DNA of 62,775 nt, taken from positions 1 to 62,775 of the forward strand of contig JAPDJY010000025.1 in NCBI GenBank assembly GCA_029258835.1, given 5' to 3'. The stretch's first letter is position 1; each line of letters opens with the position of its first letter. The notes below the pieces were generated by a model. The model had not been told where the DNA came from and searched no databases. It saw nothing but the letters and a program-made list of their open reading frames with translations. Source of the stretch: Thermoproteota archaeon. GTDB lineage: Archaea; Asgardarchaeota; Jordiarchaeia; Jordiarchaeales; Freyrarchaeaceae. Made by a program: the position numbers and the translations under genes. This document shows, piece by piece, positions 9,870 to 19,948 of this stretch.

Positions 9870-12800
9870 TTAGGATGGGGTAAACGTCACGGTTATTAGG
9901 GAGTTTTGAACTAGCTTGTTGGGTATCTCCTTAAGCTGCCCTTTCACTTTTTCAAAGAAGATCATTCCCAGGTAATAGGATTCAGGCTGCTTAGGTTTAT
10001 GTACTTCCCATATGATTGGCTCATACGTTAGCCTCACTATGTTTCCCTTTATGAGCGTTGTTTCAACCGTTTTCCGCAGAATAACTTTTTTAGCTTTCTT
10101 TTCAAACACGGCGAAAACAGCCCTAACAGGTAGATTGTAGTCGGCAAAGCTTTGAACGGAGGGGGAAAGCTTCAACTCTAGTTTATCGCCTTCCATCTGG
10201 ATGTATTCTGACAAGGGCGGAGTGCTGATGTATGCCACTCTTATAAGAGGCTTAACTGCTTCGACAAGAAGCCGCCTTTCAGTAGTCCAGCCGGACGCAC
10301 CATTCCTTTTAATTTCAAGCTTAACCGCGCACTCCTTGTCAACAGCGAATAGAGGTACTTTTATGGGTATTCTTGCGAGAACCTTGTCCTTTGGAGCTAT
10401 TTCTATGGGTATTACACCGTCTAATACTGTAAAGTCGTCCACAGCCTCACGGTATGCGAGTTCAAAGCTGAGGGTGGAATCCGTTAGGTTCTCTATCTGG
10501 ATGATTATGTCGTGGAGAGAGCCGGGGGGAAGGGAAGGAGGAAGCTCGTGAACTATTACGCTTATAGCCTCCCTTAAGTCCAGCACGTTGACTTGAATGG
10601 AGTCCTCAGCTATTTTCTTAGAGTCTTTAATTATTGCAGCTGTTAAAAGAATGGATTTAACACCGCTTGGAACCGGTATTGGAGGAACATCTATTGACGA
10701 CTCAGTCACGGGATCTGACAGTTCCATTGTGGCAACCGTTTCAGACCCGGATGCGGTTATGCTCTCTATTACGAGTGAGCATGGAGTTAGGGAGCTGCTT
10801 AAACCGCTTATCGACAACTTTCCCCTAATCGTAGATCCTGAAAGAGAACTTTTAGGAACCTCAGACCACTTTAAGCTTACTTCTGGGCCTCTAACAACTT
10901 TAAACTTGGCAGGTGCCTCGACAAGGTTAACTAGCTCGCCGTCGTGTAAGACTTCAACCGTGAGGTAAAAGACGCCTTCACCGGCTCCCTTACCTAAGAT
11001 GTCCCTTGGAATAGTCCATTTAACCGGCATTGTCGTTGAAACTCCTGGTTTGACCGAGGCCTCAAAAATCTTTCTTTCAAATGTTTCGTCTGAAGGAGAC
11101 TTGATCTTCACTACCACCTTCACTGGTGAGGGGGATAGGAGGTCGCTTGCATCGACCATTAAAGACGTCTCCAATGTTTCCCCTACGTTATAAGTGGACT
11201 TTGGTTTCTGCCCGACTTCAACGGAGACCATGGCTCCTTGGAAGAACACTCTGAAGTCCCTAGACCAGCTTTCAGATATCACGTGGCCACTTGAATCTAG
11301 AAGCTGGGCTCTTATAGCACACCGTGGACTGATCCAAGAGCTGTAAAGCCAAGGCTTTAACACTAGCGGGTCTATTTCAACCCAGCTTCCTTCGGTTTGC
11401 CCTTCTAGCACGGCTTTAGCCCAGTCAAGCTTCGCTATCTCCTCCGACATGGCGACGAAAAGGGCGTGATCCTTCGCCCTTATAGGTTTAAGGTAGACGC
11501 CCCACGGCTTTAGATCACTCAGCACTGAGTCTAGTTCGCGTCCCTGGTCCTTGTCGACAACGGATATTTTGAGTGTTAAATACATGTCTTGGGGGGTGGT
11601 GTTCTCGACTGCTACTATAAAGGGAATCTCTGTTTCTCCAGTAACGATTACGCCGTCAACTTGGGCTATGAGGTCTGTCTTGCAAACAACCCTATATACA
11701 GGGATTGCGAGCTTTTCCACCGCGACGAGCTCGGAGGACACTGTTAGCTTGGCGCTGAGAGTATACTGAGGTACGCCTGCCTCGGTGTCAAACTCTATTT
11801 CGCCATAACGCCTCTCACCGGGTTCCAGCGTTTCAAGGGTAAAGAGCTCTTCCAATACTTCTTCCCCGGCGTGATCAATGACTACACAGCTAAGGTTGAG
11901 ATCTCTGAGGGGTTCTTCGCCCTTGTTCTCCACGAATATTTTACATGTTACCGATTGTCCCTCGAAAACGATGGATGGTTCAAACGATAATTCGAGGGAA
12001 ACCGGGACGGCTACTAGCTCCTGAAGGTTTGGAATGCCAGAGAGAGGGTCGCTCCAGACATTGCTGCATGTTTGGTCAGCTATTATCTGCAATTCTCTCG
12101 AGAGACTTTCTATGCTTTCCCCAAGCTCGAAGTACTTCTCCAGTTGATAGTCAGCCGTAGTCATGGGCGGGATAATTTTGCCAGACATGTCCCCATAGAC
12201 GCTAACCAACAACGGGTTGAGGAACTCAGACTTTAGAATGCCAAGTTCTTCGAGTTCCTCCTTCAAGAAGAAGAACATGTTTTTTACCGCGTCTACTATG
12301 CGTTTAACAGGTTCTTTCCCTCCCAGCCTGCAATCAAAAAAGTAGAATGCCGCGAAGTTAGGGTGCTTCCTAGCGAACTCGTCAAGATTCCTAGGCTTAA
12401 AGAAGGGGCCTGTTAACCCCCACCTGATCGCTGAACGTCTATTCTTGATGAGCGTTTCAGAGTCTACTTCGGGAATTAATTCCCCACTATCATGAAGCTT
12501 CTTGGCCTTAAGGGCTAATGCTTGGAGCAGTGCTGCGAGAGCCACCTTACGGATCACACTAATTTGAGAGTCAAAAACTCTAATTTCAACCGTGTTAAAG
12601 CGTGTAAAAGGGTACATATCACACATTCTGGCGGGAGTACGGCCAACAACCCTTTCAAAGAAAGATTCGTCCAAGGAGGTAAGATGTGGAATGTAGTGTT
12701 GGGGATCGTCAGGTCCGAGTTGTCGGGCGTTAAGTTGGAGTCGGATGCTTCTAATGCAACCCGGAGCCTGAAGCCTTCCATCCTTCATTGTGACGATGTC

Positions 12801-13427
12801 TGTTGGCCGTCCGGCTACGAAGGGAGAGTTGACGGAGAGAGCTACTAAGTGTGGTATGAATGCTCGGATGAGGTTATAGACGGATAGCCTGTAGCCTGGG
12901 TCAGGGACGCCGATATGGTGGTGGTCGCCGAAGCTTAAACCTTGCTGGTACTCCATCAGGGGGTTTAGCCCGGTCGTTATGAATTTGACTCCTGCAGGCA
13001 GCGAGTCGTGGGAAAGTTTGAGTATAGTGTGCATCCACCAAGCAAGCTCTTCAAGCGTAGTGCAGGGCGGTGTGGCGGCCTCAAGGATCCACGTGATCGT
13101 TCCAATATGGGGGTCGCGTCCAAGAATTTCGATGTCAACTTGTTCGCCGTTAGATAGCGTGTACGTTACTATTAGGGTGTCACCCCTTCTTTCTACGGGT
13201 GCGATCCTTATGTTAGAGGTTTTCTTGCTGATCATTTCCGTGAGCTCATCCTGTGGGTCCCTGAGAATCCCTTTAAGACCTTCCGCTACATCCTGAACTA
13301 TTTTTCCCATAATGCTGACCATTTTCTCTCCATCAATCCAACGGCCTTTCAAGTTTACGATCTGGATTTCAGATTCTATGCCATGCGTGAACGGTAGCTT
13401 GGTTAGCGTACTTGCCAACTTCACCAC
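9870..13427 (-). CDS. Carboxylate-amine ligase (GCS2/YbdK family) fused to multiple Ig-like beta-sandwich domains
   Basis: THGIESEIQIV, ILEAATPPC, GDHHHIGVPD, LVALSVNSPF, TVEIRVFD; C-terminal CARDB-like repeats (VENKGEEP..LEPGE; VENTTPQ; IENLTDS..IAPKD). Confidence 0.8.
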   Translation of the reverse strand: MVKLASTLTKLPFTHGIESEIQIVNLKGRWIDGEKMVSIMGKIVQDVAEGLKGILRDPQDELTEMISKKTSNIRIAPVERRGDTLIVTYTLSNGEQVDIEILGRDPHIGTITWILEAATPPCTTLEELAWWMHTILKLSHDSLPAGVKFITTGLNPLMEYQQGLSFGDHHHIGVPDPGYRLSVYNLIRAFIPHLVALSVNSPFVAGRPTDIVTMKDGRLQAPGCIRSIRLQLNARQLGPDDPQHYIPHLTSLDESFFERVVGRTPARMCDMYPFTRFNTVEIRVFDSQISVIRKVALAALLQALALKAKKLHDSGELIPEVDSETLIKNRRSAIRWGLTGPFFKPRNLDEFARKHPNFAAFYFFDCRLGGKEPVKRIVDAVKNMFFFLKEELEELGILKSEFLNPLLVSVYGDMSGKIIPPMTTADYQLEKYFELGESIESLSRELQIIADQTCSNVWSDPLSGIPNLQELVAVPVSLELSFEPSIVFEGQSVTCKIFVENKGEEPLRDLNLSCVVIDHAGEEVLEELFTLETLEPGERRYGEIEFDTEAGVPQYTLSAKLTVSSELVAVEKLAIPVYRVVCKTDLIAQVDGVIVTGETEIPFIVAVENTTPQDMYLTLKISVVDKDQGRELDSVLSDLKPWGVYLKPIRAKDHALFVAMSEEIAKLDWAKAVLEGQTEGSWVEIDPLVLKPWLYSSWISPRCAIRAQLLDSSGHVISESWSRDFRVFFQGAMVSVEVGQKPKSTYNVGETLETSLMVDASDLLSPSPVKVVVKIKSPSDETFERKIFEASVKPGVSTTMPVKWTIPRDILGKGAGEGVFYLTVEVLHDGELVNLVEAPAKFKVVRGPEVSLKWSEVPKSSLSGSTIRGKLSISGLSSSLTPCSLVIESITASGSETVATMELSDPVTESSIDVPPIPVPSGVKSILLTAAIIKDSKKIAEDSIQVNVLDLREAISVIVHELPPSLPPGSLHDIIIQIENLTDSTLSFELAYREAVDDFTVLDGVIPIEIAPKDKVLARIPIKVPLFAVDKECAVKLEIKRNGASGWTTERRLLVEAVKPLIRVAYISTPPLSEYIQMEGDKLELKLSPSVQSFADYNLPVRAVFAVFEKKAKKVILRKTVETTLIKGNIVRLTYEPIIWEVHKPKQPESYYLGMIFFEKVKGQLKEIPNKLVQNSLITVTFTPS

Positions 13428-14164
13428 CCTGCTATTCTCCTAGCGGCTTCCGTCAGAATTTGGAATATATTCTTCACAGCACCGTTATCAAGAAGGCTCT
13501 CAGATAGGCTTACATCTAGGAGGGATTTTTTACCTTTCTTTGCAAGCATGTGAAGGCAGTATACTACTGGTCCTCCGCCGAATGTTTCGTTATCTAAGGA
13601 TATACTTACGTTCTTGATGGAATCCTTTAGGGACGGGATTATTCCATGCTTATCTAAAGAAAATGAGTCGTTAATTATTAAGAGGTTTTTTTCCGTTGGA
13701 AGATCTTTAAAGCTCCTAAGAACTACGATGATCGCTTCAGAGTTGCTTCTCCCTAAAGGAGTGGTAGAAATTATCTTCACCACTTTTTCTCCTGTTTCGA
13801 TTCTTCCCTCAGCGTCGGGAAGAACCAAATAGTAGAATGGATTTCCGGATTTCCTCGCCTCATCAAATAATTTTTTTATTGTTTTTGAGAGAGGAGAAAG
13901 ATCTTCTGGTTGGGTTGATATGACCATGAGGGGGATGAAGCGTTCACCTTCCTTAGGGGTTGAAAAGCGACCTTTCTCCCTTAAATCCTCGAGGTATCTT
14001 AGCAGTAGCTTATCAAAGGAGGTGGCAATGAGCATGTAAAGGTCACTATACTCTGCAGCAATAGTAACAGCTAACGAGAGGCTTTTTTCAAGGTCACCTA
14101 GTAGAGAGGTGAGGGTGGAGGCAACTGAATCGACATGCTTAATTAATTCAATTACTTTTTCCAT
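13421..14164 (-). CDS. Hypothetical protein, possibly a degenerate N-formylglutamate amidohydrolase-like fold
   Basis: NETFGGG and LLDVSLSESL resemble the FGase NxPFxGG and xQxExxxxL segments; overlaps the ligase start. Confidence 0.45.
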   Translation of the reverse strand: MEKVIELIKHVDSVASTLTSLLGDLEKSLSLAVTIAAEYSDLYMLIATSFDKLLLRYLEDLREKGRFSTPKEGERFIPLMVISTQPEDLSPLSKTIKKLFDEARKSGNPFYYLVLPDAEGRIETGEKVVKIISTTPLGRSNSEAIIVVLRSFKDLPTEKNLLIINDSFSLDKHGIIPSLKDSIKNVSISLDNETFGGGPVVYCLHMLAKKGKKSLLDVSLSESLLDNGAVKNIFQILTEAARRIAGW

Positions 14165-14173
14165 GCTCTCCTC

Positions 14174-15343
14174 CTACTTTGACAAGTCTTCAATCGACCT
14201 TAAGAGCTCGCTTCGTTGCCGTCTTAACTCATGCAACTTCTCGGAGAACTCACCCATAAGTTCCCTTACCCTGCTTATGGACTCGTCTATCATCTTTACT
14301 TTTTCGTTTAAGTTACTCATCATCTCACCTAAACCTGTCAGGGATGATACAGACGACAACTTTGCCTCTAAAGAACTAACCCTATCCTCCAAAAGGCTAA
14401 ATTTATGCTTAAGATCTTCAAGTATCACTTTCAACTCTGAAACATCCTGCGGAGGGTAGAATTGCTGATGGGCTTCTGCCTTCTCGGAGCTGGCTTCAGC
14501 GGTCATTTCAGCCTTTAACGCAGCTTCTTTTGTGAAACCCAGCTGGGCTTCTACAATCCCCGTCACTTCGGGCTTTACGAGGCCGCTCGTATAACAGTCA
14601 TAAACCTCCGCTAAGGTCTCCGATATTTCCCTAGCATAAGATTCTCCCCCGAACCCGGAGAAAACACACGAGATCTTATCATGATACCGCATCCCCCATA
14701 CCCCTCTGCTCCCCTTCTGGTCTAAGAAGAGCATTAGGGATGAGGCAAAGGAAGGGCTCTCGAAAAGATTCTGCAAGGTTCTAATTATAAGGTTTAAATC
14801 TTTTGGCAGCACTCCTCCCTCTTCAAAGTCGTTACGCACCCAGATGTACTCAAGATTATTCTCTCCAAAAAGCCTTCGCAACCATTTTTCTAAGCCATCG
14901 ATGAAAATGCGCGTCCCGCTAAACTCGTAGGTTCTCTCGCCGAAGTTTAATATGGAAAGCAGGTTTGCCACGATCATTTTTGACTCTTTCTCGCGGGTCT
15001 TGAAGACACATACCCACTTCTCTTTTCCGTAGCCAACACCACAAACTCTACTCTCCCCAGACTCTAACACCGTTATCGCTATCATGTTGTTTCGTAAAAG
15101 GGGGTTAAGGATGACCTCATTGGAAAAAACTTCGAGGAGAAGCTGAGAGGTTCTAACAGTTTCAGGGTTGAGGACTACGCCTTTAACGTGTTTAAAAAGG
15201 GATTTTGCAACTTTGCCACTTTTAAGAGTTTTAACGGCTTCGCCGATGACGTTTAAGTCTACGAAGAAGTATCCGCTGATCACACCGGCAGTAAAACCAT
15301 ACCATTTATCAAGCCACTGCCTGAGAACTTCACCATACTTCAA
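14174..15343 (-). CDS. Hypothetical protein with C-terminal coiled coil
   Basis: Long ORF; TTG at 15343 follows GGGAGGG; heptads in the last ~90 aa. Confidence 0.7.
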   Translation of the reverse strand: MKYGEVLRQWLDKWYGFTAGVISGYFFVDLNVIGEAVKTLKSGKVAKSLFKHVKGVVLNPETVRTSQLLLEVFSNEVILNPLLRNNMIAITVLESGESRVCGVGYGKEKWVCVFKTREKESKMIVANLLSILNFGERTYEFSGTRIFIDGLEKWLRRLFGENNLEYIWVRNDFEEGGVLPKDLNLIIRTLQNLFESPSFASSLMLFLDQKGSRGVWGMRYHDKISCVFSGFGGESYAREISETLAEVYDCYTSGLVKPEVTGIVEAQLGFTKEAALKAEMTAEASSEKAEAHQQFYPPQDVSELKVILEDLKHKFSLLEDRVSSLEAKLSSVSSLTGLGEMMSNLNEKVKMIDESISRVRELMGEFSEKLHELRRQRSELLRSIEDLSK

Positions 15344-15587
15344 CCGATTCCCTCCCCTGAAAGCCAGCATTCACTAAATGTAGAATTTTAAGTTCAAATC
15401 AAATATAAGACTTGAAAGAAAGTTTTAATAATCATTTCCATAGTCTCGTTTCATTTTTTCGTTCCTTTTTTAACGTCCTGCAGGTAGGTTTGCAAGAGAG
15501 AGCTAAGAGAGGAAAAAGGGGAAGTGTGTTGTTCAATGACACCATTAATGAGTGGCCTTAATTTTTGTTAGAACTTACTTCTCAAGT

Positions 15588-15788
15588 TCAGCTTGGAGGG
15601 GCTTTCTTGGCTTTTTCTTCCACGTGTTTCTCAAGCGCGCTAGCAGCTTCTTGCATCATCTTTGCTCGTTCTTCCTTGGTTTTAGCTAAGGCTTCCTGCT
15701 CTTCTTTTCTTCGTTCCTCGTGGAGCTTCTCGAGTAACTCTTTAGCTTTCTTCACCTCTTCAGGTGATGGCGGAGCTTCTTCGCCCAT
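15588..15788 (-). CDS. Small Glu/Lys-rich helical protein (66 aa)
   Basis: ATG at 15788 after GAGGTGG; E/K/A-rich helix flanked by APPS at both ends. Confidence 0.65.
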   Translation of the reverse strand: MGEEAPPSPEEVKKAKELLEKLHEERRKEEQEALAKTKEERAKMMQEAASALEKHVEEKAKKAPPS

Positions 15789-16099
15789 TAAACCACCTCT
15801 CTCCTCCAGGGAGTTCATCATAAAGTAAATAGTTCACAAACACATTTATCTATTTTTTGGGAGAAAAATAAAGAAGCACCTAAAAAGTTGAAATGATTGC
15901 ACTTCAAAGGTAGAAAATACTTAACAATGAGATGATAAGCGTTTTCATAAAATTGTTAAAGAAATAATAGAAGAAGTTTAACAAAGCATTTTTAAAAACA
16001 AACTAACATTATGTTGCTATGATTTTAAAACCATCTTTAAGACATGCTTGGGAGTCTGCCACCCTTTGATGAAGGAAGTTGATTGGAAAGGGGTTCTAG

Positions 16100-16861
16100 G
16101 TGGTCACTGTGGCCATAAAAACACGTGGTCTAACTAAGTTTTACGGTTCAACTCTCGGAGTGAAAGACTTAAATTTAGAGGTTTCAAGCGGTGAGACGTT
16201 TGGCTTCCTTGGCCCTAACGGTTCAGGGAAAACAACGACTGTTAGGCTGCTAAACTGTATAATTAAGCCTACTAGCGGAACAGCCAAGGTTGGGGGATAC
16301 GACATCGTAAGTGAGCCTGAGAAGGTTAAGAGGATAACCGGGCTCCTACCCGAGACGCCAGGAGTTTACGAGAAGCTTTCGGCGAGAGAGTTCTTAGAGT
16401 TTATAGGTGGCTTATATGGCGTTCCAGAGGACACGTTGAAGAGGAGGATAGACGAACTGCTCGAGTTTTTCGAGATAGAAGACAGGGGAGACGAGTTGCT
16501 TGAGGGGTTTAGTAAGGGTATGAGGCAGAAGGTCCTACTCGCATCGGCTCTCATCCATGATCCAGAAATAGTTTTTCTAGATGAGCCCACCAGCGGTTTA
16601 GACCCTTTCTCGTCCAAGATGGTGAAGGACCTCGTAAAAACATTATCATCAGAGACAAATAAGACGTTCTTTATATGTACGCATATTCTCCCCCTCGCCG
16701 AGGAAGTATGCGGGAGGATAGGGATAATTGATAGGGGCGAACTTAAGGAGGTTGGGACGCCTGAAGGGTTAATGGAGAAGTATGGGGCAGGAAACTTAGA
16801 GGAGGTTTTCCTCCAAGTTACGGGGAGGAGGGTAACGAGGGATATGCTTGAGTTGGTGTGA
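16100..16861 (+). CDS. ABC transporter ATP-binding subunit (ABC-2 type)
   Basis: GPNGSGKTT, FSKGMRQK, FLDEPTSGLD. Confidence 0.95.
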   Translation: MVTVAIKTRGLTKFYGSTLGVKDLNLEVSSGETFGFLGPNGSGKTTTVRLLNCIIKPTSGTAKVGGYDIVSEPEKVKRITGLLPETPGVYEKLSAREFLEFIGGLYGVPEDTLKRRIDELLEFFEIEDRGDELLEGFSKGMRQKVLLASALIHDPEIVFLDEPTSGLDPFSSKMVKDLVKTLSSETNKTFFICTHILPLAEEVCGRIGIIDRGELKEVGTPEGLMEKYGAGNLEEVFLQVTGRRVTRDMLELV

Positions 16862-18635
16862 AAAATTGCCCTTATGGTATATTATAGCGAGAAACGAGTA
16901 CAGGCTTATGACTTCTGGTAAAGTGTTAAGGAGGTTACGGCCGGTTATACCAGTGGCACTCATCTCTGGTATAATTATATTAGCGGCTGTAATGTTGCTT
17001 GTGTCTAAGAACTTTTTTGTCTCAAGGTTGAATAACTACTTTAAGGAAGTTGTAATGATGCCTATGCTTGCATCAACATCGATCTTCCTTCAAGATTCGG
17101 TGTATGTTTTAAACATGGGATCTATGGCTGGGGCGGTCGCCTTCATGATACCCATATTTGCAGCAATAGGACGGCAATTGCAGGAGGCGGAGGTCGTAAG
17201 CAGAGACGTGATACTCGCAAGCCCCCTTAAAGCCCGCCACGTCCTTCTCGGCGACTTTATAGTAAATCTGATTATAGTTCCTGCGGTTCTGATAATAGCA
17301 TCCTTCATGATGATTCCAGCTGCGATCACTTTTTACTTGACACCTCAAGCCATAGCGTTGATATTTGCCTCTATTGCTATTGCGAACCTTTCAGGAATAT
17401 GGATAGGAGTCATGATTTCATCATACCTTTACATTAGAGAAACCACCGAGCGTATGAAAACTCTTTTTAAAACGTTGCTGGGTGTAGCTGGCGTTGCTAT
17501 GGGTATAGGGTTTTTCTTCTTGTCATCGTCTACTATGCCCTTAAACCTGTGGTTTCTACCGTCAACTTGGGTGGGGAATGTCGTGCACTTTGCAGTAACC
17601 CAAAGCAACATTGCAATAGCAAAGATAAATTACCTTTATATCGCGTTTCCAGTTTACCCTGACGGGTGGACAAGCCTAGCGCTCCTAGTAATGTTCACCT
17701 TCCTAGTGGTCTTAGCTGGAGTAGCCTACGCTAGCAAGGTGAGCTTCATAGAGACAGGAGGAGAGGAAGTAACAGTCATGGTTAAGGGGGAGAACTGGTT
17801 TTACAGGGCTATTAGGAAAATCACGCCCACACCCCTTAACATCATGCTAGTATCCCAGCTTAAGGAGTTCACCAGAAGAATGGATAACATAGCACGGGTA
17901 GCCACAGTCCTAGTATTTCCCGCTATAATATTCCTTATGAGAGGGACCATGCAAACTAACGTCTTCCAAGGAGATGCTGGATGGATTAGCTTCTTCTCCT
18001 CATTTACTGGCGTGTACATTATGTATATTATGATGGCTGGCGTCTTGCTTCCAATAATGATAGTTCCATACACTTTTGTAAGAAATAAAGACGTGCTTTG
18101 GACTATTAAGAAGACGCCTGCCGGCGTGAAGCTTATGGTTCACGCCATGTTCCTCGAGGCATTGATTTTAAGCACCCCCCTAGCAGTGATCTCGGCGGTA
18201 ATGTTCTACTTAGCCTTAGGAGGGGTGACGGGAAACCCTGCAACAGTTCTAGCTACAATGCTCTTTCTGGTCGCTGTGAGCTCGGCCATAACCGTTGGAG
18301 TTTACGCTTGGAGGCCTGTTTTCCAAGAGAGGGAAATAGGACACCTCATCAACTTTTTAATCACGATGATTTTAACCGGGATAACTACAGGGGTGATGCT
18401 AATTTTATCCGTAGTCCCGTGGGTACTTAACCTGATACCCTCAATGACTGTGCTTAATGGCATCCCTTGGCTTCCCCCTTCAGCCTCGATAGTGTTGGCG
18501 TTCATGTTAGTCCACTTGGAACCCGTAAGCGTCCCTGTGAGAATTGCTGGGATCGCAGTGTCTCTAATTGTGGGAGGGGTAGCAGCATACCTGGCACTTA
18601 AAAAGGGAGTAGAAAAGCTTGAAGCGTACGAGTAA
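16848..18635 (+). CDS. ABC-2 type exporter permease (duplicated membrane domain)
   Basis: Many TM segments; two halves beginning IARNEYR and SQLKEFTR; overlaps the ATPase gene. Confidence 0.8.
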   Translation: MSWCEKLPLWYIIARNEYRLMTSGKVLRRLRPVIPVALISGIIILAAVMLLVSKNFFVSRLNNYFKEVVMMPMLASTSIFLQDSVYVLNMGSMAGAVAFMIPIFAAIGRQLQEAEVVSRDVILASPLKARHVLLGDFIVNLIIVPAVLIIASFMMIPAAITFYLTPQAIALIFASIAIANLSGIWIGVMISSYLYIRETTERMKTLFKTLLGVAGVAMGIGFFFLSSSTMPLNLWFLPSTWVGNVVHFAVTQSNIAIAKINYLYIAFPVYPDGWTSLALLVMFTFLVVLAGVAYASKVSFIETGGEEVTVMVKGENWFYRAIRKITPTPLNIMLVSQLKEFTRRMDNIARVATVLVFPAIIFLMRGTMQTNVFQGDAGWISFFSSFTGVYIMYIMMAGVLLPIMIVPYTFVRNKDVLWTIKKTPAGVKLMVHAMFLEALILSTPLAVISAVMFYLALGGVTGNPATVLATMLFLVAVSSAITVGVYAWRPVFQEREIGHLINFLITMILTGITTGVMLILSVVPWVLNLIPSMTVLNGIPWLPPSASIVLAFMLVHLEPVSVPVRIAGIAVSLIVGGVAAYLALKKGVEKLEAYE

Positions 18636-18724
18636 AAATGGAGAATTAGGGATTTTAGGCAACGGTGAAAGAGATGGTATGAAGAGGCGGGGGTAGAGGG
18701 GCTAGGCCTAAAACGGGGTGATAA

Positions 18725-19948
18725 ATGCTAATGGCAGACTTGTTTTTAAAATATGTTAAGACGGAAAAATGTGTCAATTGCGGGTTCTGCGGGAGCGTTG
18801 TCCGGTGTCCAGGGTCGGGTTATTGCATAGGCTGTGGCTCATGCTACGTTGCGTGTCCGTACATGGCGCGGGAACCCGTAGAGGACCACGAGCCAAGGAG
18901 GAAAATCAAGATAATCGTTGATGGTACTGTATATGAGGTAGCTGAGAAAACGACGGTTATGAGGGCTCTGGAGTCCTTAGGATACAGGTTTACTAGGTTT
19001 CCAGAGGAAAACGCTATTTTTTCTCCGTGCCTGACCGGGGGATGTTACAGTTGCTCTGTGATTGTTAATGGAGAGGCGAAGCCCGCATGCCACACTGAGG
19101 TTAAGGATGGAGACGTAATAAGTACCAACGTGGAAGGTGTAGAGCCGCTTAGGATAGTTGAAGGATTTAGCCCCCATCAAGTTGGAGGCGTTGGAACACC
19201 GTATTGGGTTAAAGGGAAAGCAGGGTATATTGAAGTGGCCGCATTTGCCGCAGGCTGTAATCTGCGTTGTCCGACTTGCCAGAACTACTTTGTCACTTAC
19301 AATAGTGCCCTTCCTGCCATGACCCCTAATGAGGCTGCTTGGAAGCTGAGCCTTATGAGGAAGAGATACGGAGTGGATAGGATGGCGATAAGCGGAGGAG
19401 AAGCAACGCTTAACCATGACTGGATCGTTAAGTTCTTCAAGAAGTTGAGGAGGCTTAACCCCGATGAAAATGCACGGTTCCACCTTGACACTAATGCGAC
19501 AGTCCTAACTAGGGAAAGAATTGATGATTTAATTATGGCGGGGGTAACCGATATTGGGCCAGACCTTAAGGCTTTTCGCTTGGAAACGTTTCAGCTTATA
19601 ACGGGAGTAGAGGATAAAGAGCTGGCTTTAAAATACCTTAAAACTTCATGGGATGCTGTGAAGTACATTGCGGACAATTACTACCCAGAGATGGTTTTCA
19701 TGGGTATAGGGATACCATACAATAAGTTCTTCTACCCGACGCTTGAAGAGCTACTTAAAATGGGGGAGAAAATAGCGTCTATAGACCCGGACGTTCAGGT
19801 CTGCGTTCTCGACTATAGGCCGGAGTTCAGGAGAAGAGAGATTGTTCAGCCGACCCCGAAGGAGATGCTTAGGGTTAAGGAGGCGCTTAACGGGGTCGGG
19901 TTGAGGAAGGTCATCGTGCAGACTATCACAGGTCATTTTGGGCCGTAG
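18725..19948 (+). CDS. Radical SAM protein (PFL-activase-like) with N-terminal 4Fe-4S and 2Fe-2S ferredoxin domains
   Basis: CVNCGFC / CIGCGSC...CP; CLTGGCYSC...AC; GCNLRCPTC; ISGGE; LDTN. Confidence 0.88.
   Translation: MLMADLFLKYVKTEKCVNCGFCGSVVRCPGSGYCIGCGSCYVACPYMAREPVEDHEPRRKIKIIVDGTVYEVAEKTTVMRALESLGYRFTRFPEENAIFSPCLTGGCYSCSVIVNGEAKPACHTEVKDGDVISTNVEGVEPLRIVEGFSPHQVGGVGTPYWVKGKAGYIEVAAFAAGCNLRCPTCQNYFVTYNSALPAMTPNEAAWKLSLMRKRYGVDRMAISGGEATLNHDWIVKFFKKLRRLNPDENARFHLDTNATVLTRERIDDLIMAGVTDIGPDLKAFRLETFQLITGVEDKELALKYLKTSWDAVKYIADNYYPEMVFMGIGIPYNKFFYPTLEELLKMGEKIASIDPDVQVCVLDYRPEFRRREIVQPTPKEMLRVKEALNGVGLRKVIVQTITGHFGP

Noticed and set aside
15588-15788. True Pup homolog
   Set aside because: No C-terminal GG[QE]; kept only as a weak substrate candidate
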